Assembly (NCBI GenBank): GCA_965224245.1
Contig: OZ245046.1
Coordinates: forward strand, 5,920,001-5,984,000
Length of the DNA: 64,000 nt
From: Candidatus Eiseniibacteriota bacterium
Lineage (GTDB): Bacteria > Eisenbacteria > RBG-16-71-46 > CAZAMP01
Direction: 5' to 3'
Shown: positions 56,922 to 64,000 of the stretch, piece after piece
How positions within the stretch are numbered: the stretch's first letter is position 1
Layout: the number at the start of each line of letters is the position of its first letter
Made by a program: the position numbers and the translations under genes
Notes under the pieces: generated by a model
Databases searched by the model: none
Told to the model about the DNA's origin: nothing
Seen by the model: only the letters and a program-made list of their open reading frames with translations

Positions 56922-57971
56922 ATGGTTGGCATCGTCGGCTACGGCGCGGACATGCCGCGCTACCGGATCAAGGTGGAAGAGATCGCCAAGGTCTGGGGAG
57001 CCGATGCCGCGGCATTCAAGCGCGGGCTGCGGCTACAGGAGAAGTCCGTGCCGGCGCCGGATCAGGACGTGATCACGATGTCGGTGGAGGCCGCGCGCCG
57101 CGCGATCCGTCGGGCCGCGATCGATCCCCAGAAGATCGGGGCGCTGTACATCGGATCCGAGTCACACCCCTACGCCGTGAAGCCCAGCGGCACCGTCGTC
57201 GCCGAGGCCATCGGCGCCACCCCGGACGTTCACACCGCCGACTACGAGTTCGCGTGCAAGGCGGGATCCGAGGGGATGTTCGTGGCCGCGAGCCTCGTCG
57301 AGGCGGGGGCCGTCGAGTACGCGGTGGGCATCGGGGCCGACACGTCCCAGGGCGCGCCGGGTGACGCGCTCGAGTACACGGCTTCGGCCGGCGCCGCGGC
57401 GTTCATCTTCGGCTCCGAGCACGTCGTGGCCAGCGTGGACGCGACGCACAGCTTCATGACCGACACCCCGGACTTCTGGCGGCGCGAGCATCAGTTCTAC
57501 CCGCGCCACGCCGGGCGCTTCACCGGCGAGCCGGCGTACTTCAAGCACGTCCGGGGCTGCGCGACCGCGCTCCTCGACAAGACCGGCACCCGGCCCGAGG
57601 ACTTCCGGTGGGCGGTGTTTCACCAGCCCAACGGCAAGTTCCCGATGGCGGTCGGGAAGTCGCTCGGCTTCACCACCGAGCAGATCGAGCAGGGCTGGCT
57701 CGTGCCGCTCCTCGGCAACACGTACTCGGGCTCGTCCCCGATGGGTCTCACGGCGGTCCTCGACGAGGCGTCGCCGGGTGATCGCATCTTCATGGTCTCG
57801 TACGGATCCGGCGCCGGAAGCGACGGCTTCGTGTTCACGGTGACCGACGAGATCGAGCGCGTGCGACCGCGCGCTGAGAAGACACGCGACCTGTTGACGT
57901 CGAATCGCCGGCACCTCGAGTACGGCGAGTACGCGAAGTTCCGCGAGAAGATCCGCAAGCTCCAGGTGTGA
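56922..57971 (+). CDS. Archaeal-type hydroxymethylglutaryl-CoA synthase
   Basis: GSESHPYAVKP, EFACKAG (catalytic Cys), DTPDFWRR, FTGEPAYF, FHQPNGKFP, GNTYSG, SYGSGAGSD. Confidence 0.92.
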   Translation: MVGIVGYGADMPRYRIKVEEIAKVWGADAAAFKRGLRLQEKSVPAPDQDVITMSVEAARRAIRRAAIDPQKIGALYIGSESHPYAVKPSGTVVAEAIGATPDVHTADYEFACKAGSEGMFVAASLVEAGAVEYAVGIGADTSQGAPGDALEYTASAGAAAFIFGSEHVVASVDATHSFMTDTPDFWRREHQFYPRHAGRFTGEPAYFKHVRGCATALLDKTGTRPEDFRWAVFHQPNGKFPMAVGKSLGFTTEQIEQGWLVPLLGNTYSGSSPMGLTAVLDEASPGDRIFMVSYGSGAGSDGFVFTVTDEIERVRPRAEKTRDLLTSNRRHLEYGEYAKFREKIRKLQV

Positions 57972-58022
57972 GCGCGTGCCCCTCGCGGGGTGACGCCGGC
58001 GATTTTGGCAAGGAGTACCGTC

Positions 58023-59180
58023 ATGAGAGATGTCGCCGTCATCGGTGTCGGCATGCGGAAGTGGGGCGAGCTGTGGGAGGAGTCCCTCCGGCAGATGTTC
58101 ACCCGCACCGCGCTCGACGCCCTCGACGATGCCGGCGTCGATCACATCGACGCCATGTACGTGGGATGCATGTCCTCGGGTCTGTTCGTCGGTCAGGAGC
58201 ACCTGTCCTCGGTGCTGAGTGACTACCTCGGATGCAATCCGATCCCGGCGCTGCGGGTGGAGGCCGCCTGTGCATCGGGTGGGATGGCCGTCCGCCAGGC
58301 GATCCTCGACGTCGCGAGCGGCGCCAGCGAGATCGTCCTGGCCGGCGGGGTCGAGAAGATGACCGACGTGGACGGTGGCGGCGCGACGTTCGCGCTGGCC
58401 ACGGCCGCCGACCAGGAGTACGAGGCCTACAACGGCATCACGTTCCCGGGTCTGTACGCGCTGATGGCTCGTGCCCACATGGAGCGCTACGGCACGACGC
58501 GCGACCAGCTCAGCGCGGTCGCGGTCAAGAACCACGCGAACGGGGCCCTCAACCCGCACGCGCAGTTCCCGACCCCGATCACGCCGGAGACGGTGTCGTC
58601 GTCGGTCATGGTCGCCGACCCGCTCCGGCTGTTCGACTGCTCGCCGATCACCGACGGCGCGGCCGCCGTCGTGGTGTGTCCGCTGGATCGGGCCGCCAAG
58701 CTCGGGAAGGGAACACCGGTCCGCGTGACCGGGATGGGGGCGGCCAGCGATACGATCGCACTCCACGACCGTTCCGACCTCACCGAGATCGCGTCGACGC
58801 AGCGGGCGGCCGAGATGGCCTACGGCATGTCGGGAAAGGGACCGGGAGACCTCGATCTCGTCGAGGTGCACGACTGCTTCACGATCGCCGAGCTCATGGT
58901 CGTCGAGGCGCTCGGGCTCGTGGATCGAGGCCACGGTGGACCCGCGACCCTCGCCGGTGAGACGAGCCGGGATGGCCGGATCCCCGTGAACCCCAGCGGT
59001 GGGCTCAAGTCGAAGGGACACCCGGTCGGGGCGACGGGCGTGGCGCAGATCGTCGAGCTCGCCACGCAGCTCCGCGGTGATGCCGGCGATCGACAGATCG
59101 CGAACGTACGGTGCGCGCTGGCGCAGAACATGGGCGGCACCGGAGGAACCTCCGTGGTGCACATCCTGGAGGTGGTGTGA
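58023..59180 (+). CDS. Archaeal-type acetoacetyl-CoA thiolase (SCP2-thiolase-like)
   Basis: [42 protein letters not shown]. Confidence 0.92.
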   Translation: MRDVAVIGVGMRKWGELWEESLRQMFTRTALDALDDAGVDHIDAMYVGCMSSGLFVGQEHLSSVLSDYLGCNPIPALRVEAACASGGMAVRQAILDVASGASEIVLAGGVEKMTDVDGGGATFALATAADQEYEAYNGITFPGLYALMARAHMERYGTTRDQLSAVAVKNHANGALNPHAQFPTPITPETVSSSVMVADPLRLFDCSPITDGAAAVVVCPLDRAAKLGKGTPVRVTGMGAASDTIALHDRSDLTEIASTQRAAEMAYGMSGKGPGDLDLVEVHDCFTIAELMVVEALGLVDRGHGGPATLAGETSRDGRIPVNPSGGLKSKGHPVGATGVAQIVELATQLRGDAGDRQIANVRCALAQNMGGTGGTSVVHILEVV

Positions 59181-59578
59181 TGTCGTCTCCGAGATACTGG
59201 CGCGAGGTGCCGCAGCGCTACCGGTACGAGGCGACCCGGTGCTCGGGCTGCGGCCGCGTGCACTTTCCGCCGCGGCCGGTGTGCCCCAAGTGCCGCTCCC
59301 GGGAGGCCACGCCGACGAGGCTGGCCGACGAGGGGCACGTGGTGTCGTACACGATGATCCACATCGCCCCCACGGGCTTCGAGGATCAGGCACCGTATCC
59401 GATGGCCGTCGTGGAGACCGACGACGGCGCGCGTCTCCTGGCCCAGATCGCCGACTGCGACGAGGAGAACCTGGAGACCGGGATGCGGGTTCGCATCGCG
59501 TTCCGGAAGATCCAGGAAGAGGGCAAGTCGGGAATCATCTGCTACGGGTACAAGTTCGTACCCGCCTCGACCACGTGA
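59180..59578 (+). CDS. DUF35 Zn-ribbon/OB-fold scaffold protein
   Basis: CSGCG..HFPPR..CPKC; OB fold; YGYKF tail; TGATG coupling to the thiolase. Confidence 0.92.
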   Translation: MSSPRYWREVPQRYRYEATRCSGCGRVHFPPRPVCPKCRSREATPTRLADEGHVVSYTMIHIAPTGFEDQAPYPMAVVETDDGARLLAQIADCDEENLETGMRVRIAFRKIQEEGKSGIICYGYKFVPASTT

Positions 59579-59614
59579 TCGTATGGGGCGGCTCGTCGTG
59601 GAGCCGCCCCGCTC

Positions 59615-61129
59615 TCACCGGAGGATCCGCACCGGTGCGGTCCACGTGACGTGCGACCCGGTCACCCGCACGTAGAACGTCCCCGGTGCGACCACTCGTC
59701 CGGACTCGTCCTCGGTATCCCAGCGAACGGTGGCCTCGCGACCGAGCGGCGGCACCGGTCCGAGGTCGCGCACACGGCGACCGGTCACGTCCAGCACCTC
59801 GACGCGGACGTCCGAGGAGCGATCCGGGAGTCGCAGCGTGATCGCCACCGAACGGCGCGCGGGGTTCGGCGTCACGCCGAGCGCCGGGGTGTCCGGCACC
59901 GTCGGAGGTGAGTCCGCCCCGATCGGGCTCCGGTACGTACCGTGCCGCGCCATGATGAACGGCCCCTCGGGTGTCGATTCGTCCCACAGGACGAGGATCC
60001 TCGCACGAGGCTCCGAGACGGGGTTCTCTCCGCCGACCGCCACGTGGCGGATGCCCGACGGCGTGAGCGTCATCACGTCACCGAACCCGAGGTCCCCGAT
60101 GCTGTGGGCGAACGTGTGGACGGGCTCCCCGCCGGGGGGAAGATCGGTCCAGGTGCCGAGCCAGTCCCATTCGAACGCCGGCCATCCCAGATCGACGAAG
60201 AAGCCGTCGAGATTGGGCGACACCGACGGCACGCCGTCCTCCGGAGACACCGGAACGGCGCCGCCGACGAGAAGCGTGCCGCTGTGGTTGCACTCCCAGA
60301 TCTCGGACACGCTCTCGGGGTCGGGCGGCGTGAACTCGAAGAGCGTCCGGAAGTGCGGATAGGCGAGGTCGGGGCAGCAGAAGTTGGCGTGCACCGATGG
60401 GCTCGTGCAGTTGCCGGAGAGATCGGTCAGCTGCTCGATCGAACCCCAACCGTCGTCCGGTGACAGCGTTCTCGCGAAGAGCTGCGTGAGCGGTCCGTCG
60501 AGATCCTCGTAGACGACCGTGAACCAGCCGAACGCGGGATAGTCGGTGACCGAGGGCACGTGCGCGGACCCCGGCGTGCCGGAGACGTCGAACACGTCGT
60601 CCCACGAGCCGTCGTCGTGGAGTCGGCCGCGTATCGACGAGCCGGACGCCGTCTCGTCCTCCCAGACCACGAGCGCGCGGCGCGCGCCGTCGTCGGTGCC
60701 CGCGACGACCGGACCCGAGGAGGGGTCGGGGCTGTCGCAGCTCACGCACTCGGGTGCCGACCAGCTCGTCCCATCGCCCTGGGCGACGAACACCTCCGTG
60801 GATGCGAACGCATCGGCTTCGTAGACGACGAAGAGATCGTCGTCGTGGTGGGCGAGGTGCGCGCTCCGGGCCCCGGAGAACTCCGCCACCCGGGACCATG
60901 CGCCGCCGGCTCGAACGCAGTGAACGACGGACGAGGGCTTCTGGTACACCACGTGCCAGTCACCCGCGAAGTAGACGATGGACGTACCCGCCGGTGTCGA
61001 GACCTCGAGCCCCTCGCGATCCACGACCTCCGGCGGGTCCCACTCGATCATGCCGGTGGCCAGTCCGGGGATGATCGACAGAAGGGCTGAGGGGACGAGT
61101 GCGGCGAGCCCGGCTCGTGTCTCGAGCAT
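59615..61129 (-). CDS. Secreted beta-propeller-like protein with FlgD/T9SS-like CTD
   Basis: AGGAGG RBS; signal peptide; repeated VV(Y/W)E...W motifs; PNP...LDVTGRRVRDL...WD..DESGR.VAPGTFYVR. Confidence 0.75.
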   Translation of the reverse strand: MLETRAGLAALVPSALLSIIPGLATGMIEWDPPEVVDREGLEVSTPAGTSIVYFAGDWHVVYQKPSSVVHCVRAGGAWSRVAEFSGARSAHLAHHDDDLFVVYEADAFASTEVFVAQGDGTSWSAPECVSCDSPDPSSGPVVAGTDDGARRALVVWEDETASGSSIRGRLHDDGSWDDVFDVSGTPGSAHVPSVTDYPAFGWFTVVYEDLDGPLTQLFARTLSPDDGWGSIEQLTDLSGNCTSPSVHANFCCPDLAYPHFRTLFEFTPPDPESVSEIWECNHSGTLLVGGAVPVSPEDGVPSVSPNLDGFFVDLGWPAFEWDWLGTWTDLPPGGEPVHTFAHSIGDLGFGDVMTLTPSGIRHVAVGGENPVSEPRARILVLWDESTPEGPFIMARHGTYRSPIGADSPPTVPDTPALGVTPNPARRSVAITLRLPDRSSDVRVEVLDVTGRRVRDLGPVPPLGREATVRWDTEDESGRVVAPGTFYVRVTGSHVTWTAPVRILR

Positions 61130-61296
61130 GGGGACCTCCTGATGAATCGGCGACGACGGTCGGGAGGGCGGACCGGGTCAGGAGTCCAGGGCACACGGGA
61201 AGCATAGCGCATGAGGCGCGGACCGTGCGCATCTCGATCCGAGCAGCCCACGCTGACGCGGCTCAGCCGATTGCCGCGATCGAGGAGGCGGGGCCG

Positions 61297-62493
61297 TCAG
61301 GCGCCGCTGTGCGCGCCGACGACGCTCGCCACGTGGTCGTACAGGGCGTCGACGCGCCGCTTGTGCGCGTCGAACGTGTGGGTCGCCTCCACGAACGCCC
61401 GTCCGTTCCGGCCCAGGCGTGCCCTGAGCTCGGGGTCCTCGACCAGCCGCACGATGGCCGTGGCGAACCCCTCGGGCTCGGCCGGCGCCAGCATGGCCAC
61501 GTCTGACGTCAGGATCTGCGAGTGCGTGGGAAGGTCGGTCACCAGCACCGCCCGTCCGGAGTGGAGGTACGGGAACACCTTCATCGGCGTATTGATGCCC
61601 GTGATCCGGGGCGCGACCAGCACGTCGGCGTCGGCCAGATACGCCTCGAGCTGGTCGAACGGTCGGGGCCCGAGGAAGTGGGCGCGTCCGGCCAGTCCGA
61701 GCCCGTCGATCTTCGTTCGGTACGCGGTGACGTCGTCGGGATCGCCGCCGATCACGACCAGATCCACGGCCTCGGTCCGCGATGCGGCGATCGCGAAGGC
61801 CTCCACGAGAAGATCGACTCCCTGGTACGTCTCCAGGTTGCCCACATAGAGAAGGAGCCGTCGCCCGGCCGAGGCGGGAGAGACGTCGGCCAGCTCGGCG
61901 CGGAGGCGGCCGCTGGGTGGGGCCCCGGGCTCGTCGAGCTGCGAGATGTCGTGCAGCGTCACGACGTGCCGGCTGCCGCGCGCGCGGCACAGGTCGGCGA
62001 GCGCGTTGCAGACCGGTGCCGTGGCCACGGCGCTCCGGATCGCACGCGACTCGAGCGCGTCGAGCACCGGGGCGATCGGACGGAGCCACGGATACTTCTC
62101 GACCATCTGCTGCGCGATCGACGAATCGAGGTCGTACACGAACGGGACGCCGTGAAGCCGCTGGAAGATCATCGCCATGAAGACGGCTTCCTCGCCGGCG
62201 TGGACGACGTCGTAGCGGTGCTCGCGCACGAGCGTCCACGCGACGTGGAACATCGCGGCGTCGCAGGCCAGCTTCCTCAGGCTGAAGCCCGGCTTGACGC
62301 CCCGGGTCAGCGCGTTCGCCGCGGTGCGGAAGGTTCTGACGTTGGGATACTCGCGGTCCTCGCCTTCGCCGTAGACGACCAGGTCGATCGACACGCCGGG
62401 GCGCGTCGACAGCGCGCGCAGGAGAATGTCCACGTCGATCGGCGTGCCGCGGAGCTGGAAGAACGGGTGTGGGGCGAGAACGAGAATACGCAT
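61297..62493 (-). CDS. Glycosyltransferase family 4
   Basis: MRILVLAP.PFF..RGTP, YVGNLE.YQG, TPMKVFPYL.SG. Confidence 0.9.
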   Translation of the reverse strand: MRILVLAPHPFFQLRGTPIDVDILLRALSTRPGVSIDLVVYGEGEDREYPNVRTFRTAANALTRGVKPGFSLRKLACDAAMFHVAWTLVREHRYDVVHAGEEAVFMAMIFQRLHGVPFVYDLDSSIAQQMVEKYPWLRPIAPVLDALESRAIRSAVATAPVCNALADLCRARGSRHVVTLHDISQLDEPGAPPSGRLRAELADVSPASAGRRLLLYVGNLETYQGVDLLVEAFAIAASRTEAVDLVVIGGDPDDVTAYRTKIDGLGLAGRAHFLGPRPFDQLEAYLADADVLVAPRITGINTPMKVFPYLHSGRAVLVTDLPTHSQILTSDVAMLAPAEPEGFATAIVRLVEDPELRARLGRNGRAFVEATHTFDAHKRRVDALYDHVASVVGAHSGA

Positions 62494-62558
62494 CGGCGCT
62501 CTCTTCGCTTCTCGGGACGTGGACGACGGATCCGGCTCGCGCGCGACGTGGGCCAGGC

Positions 62559-63545
62559 TCACGCCAGGTACCCGTGCGCACGATACCAGTCGGCGGTGCG
62601 CTCGAGTCCCTCCTCGAGCCCGATGCGGGGGACGTAGCCCAGGTCCCGCCGCGCCTTGTCGATCCGGAACGCGCGAACCTGGCGGAACCAATCCACGCGC
62701 CGGGGAAAGATCGGCGGGTTGATGCCGAACGGCTTGCAGAGCTTCTCGCAGACGTGACCGGCCACGATCAGGGGACCGATCGGGAGCGTGGGGATGGACA
62801 CCTTCACACCGAGCGCGTCTCCGACCTTCGCCACCAGCGTCCGGATCGGCACGTACTCCGCGTCGGCGATGATGTACGCCTCGCCTGCGCCCTTGCCGGG
62901 CTCTGTGGCCAGCACGAACGCGTCGATCAGGTTGTCGATGTACACCGGGTGATAGAACGTCTCGCCGGACCCGAACATCAGAAAGCGCCCGCGCGCCGCG
63001 CGCCGGTAGATCATCACGAAGCGCTCCGGATCGCCGGGGCCGTAGATCGCCGTCGGGCGGATGATCGTGTACTCGAGGCCGCGATCCCGGTACTCGTGGA
63101 CGACCTCCTCGCCGAGGTACTTGGTCCTCTGGTAGTGATCCTCGGGCTCGATGGGCGACGTCTCGTCTCCGGGCGGATTCTCGATGTGCCCGTGGACGCC
63201 CTGCGTGCTGCAGTAGATCAGCTTGCGCGCGCCGGCGGCCAGGGCGGCCTCGACGACGATGCGGGTGCCGTTCACGTTCACGTCGTCGTACAGGGCATCG
63301 GGCGCTCCGGTCTCGCGAAACGCCGCGGCGACGTGCATGACGACCTCGGCGCCGGCCGAGCACCGGGCGACGGCCTCGGGATCGGTGACGCTGCCGAGGG
63401 TGATGTCCGCGCCCATCGCGGCCAGCTCGTCCTTCACGAGACCGGGTTGCTTGTCGAGGACGGTCACCTCGTGACCGTCCTCCAGAAGTCGACGGGTGAG
63501 GGCGGCGCCCGTGAAGCCCAGGCCGCCGGTCACGAATGCGCGCAC
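62559..63545 (-). CDS. NAD-dependent epimerase/dehydratase (extended SDR)
   Basis: VTGGLGFTG, HVAA, NVNGT, YQRTK, IYGPGD; GAGGTG RBS before GTG 63545. Confidence 0.92.
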   Translation of the reverse strand: MRAFVTGGLGFTGAALTRRLLEDGHEVTVLDKQPGLVKDELAAMGADITLGSVTDPEAVARCSAGAEVVMHVAAAFRETGAPDALYDDVNVNGTRIVVEAALAAGARKLIYCSTQGVHGHIENPPGDETSPIEPEDHYQRTKYLGEEVVHEYRDRGLEYTIIRPTAIYGPGDPERFVMIYRRAARGRFLMFGSGETFYHPVYIDNLIDAFVLATEPGKGAGEAYIIADAEYVPIRTLVAKVGDALGVKVSIPTLPIGPLIVAGHVCEKLCKPFGINPPIFPRRVDWFRQVRAFRIDKARRDLGYVPRIGLEEGLERTADWYRAHGYLA

Positions 63546-63865
63546 GGGTGGTGTCACCTCGGGTTCGGGGATCGCCGCGCCGGCGATCCGGTAACCGGTT
63601 CTCGGTGAATGGACTTGGAGCGCCGAGGAGCCTACTGCCAACGCCGGTGGATGTCCATCGCGCGCAGACGCTCCCGAGTCTTCGTATCGGCCCCGGCCCG
63701 GGCTCGGGCCGCCCGTGCCTGCGGGCGCGGGCGCGGTGGTCGAGTTCATCCACCCGATGCACGGTGCGGCATCGTCCTCGCCGACGCCATCGCCGTGGCG
63801 CCAAAGGGGTTCGCCACTGCGACCGAAAGCAATACCATTGGCCAACCCTGGACTGGGAGTCGCTC

Positions 63866-64000
63866 GTGTGTGGCATCGCCGGTTTCACCGGACAGAGTGA
63901 GCACGTCGTCCGGAACATGATCGCCAGGCTCGAGCATCGGGGACCCGACGATGCCGGAGTCCACGTCGAGCCGGCGATCTCGCTCGGGCACCGCCGTCTC
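63866..64000 (+). CDS. asnB: Asparagine synthase (glutamine-hydrolysing) family, 5' partial
   Basis: GTG start after GGGAG; reads MCGIAG...HRGPD...LGHRRL to the window edge. Not in the ORF track. Confidence 0.9.
   Translation, partial: MCGIAGFTGQSEHVVRNMIARLEHRGPDDAGVHVEPAISLGHRRL

Noticed and set aside
63826-63845. Sigma54 promoter (TGGC...TTGC) on the minus strand
   Set aside because: GG-to-GC spacing is 11 nt rather than the required 10.

Overview
A 64-kb gene-dense, high-GC bacterial chromosome segment. I saw no rRNA, tRNA, CRISPR array or mobile-element genes. Three secreted proteins have FlgD/T9SS-like C-terminal Ig domains and one ends in an 'SWGRIK..Y' tail, which suggests an FCB-superphylum candidate lineage such as Eisenbacteria, Krumholzibacteria or Latescibacteria (inference). 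In order, the window holds: a complete reductive pyrimidine degradation operon (mmsA end, beta-ureidopropionase, hydA, class III aminotransferase, preT, preA) with a foreign secreted protein inserted in it; an NCS2 permease, egtD and an OsmF/EgtU-like ABC importer; ferredoxin, ygfZ and gap; an ECF sigma/anti-sigma/DUF4097 unit with a frameshift; BlaI plus an M56-ankyrin sensor with its operator; M1 and M16 peptidases; rlmD and rqcH; a lower-GC block (about 35.9-39 kb); a TetR-controlled unit; glycosyltransferases; lgt; a tandem citrate-synthase-like pair directly upstream of an archaeal-type HMG-CoA synthase/thiolase/DUF35 operon; and the start of asnB. Two loci are the best candidates for an undescribed system. 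The first is the 36-41 kb block, where two paralogues built from an unrecognised repeat domain precede a mosaic gingipain(C25)-like secreted protein that seems to carry a fifth copy of the same domain. The second is the citrate-synthase pair, whose two members have complementary active-site losses, next to the archaeal mevalonate-entry complex. All calls come from reading motifs by eye; no searches were run.
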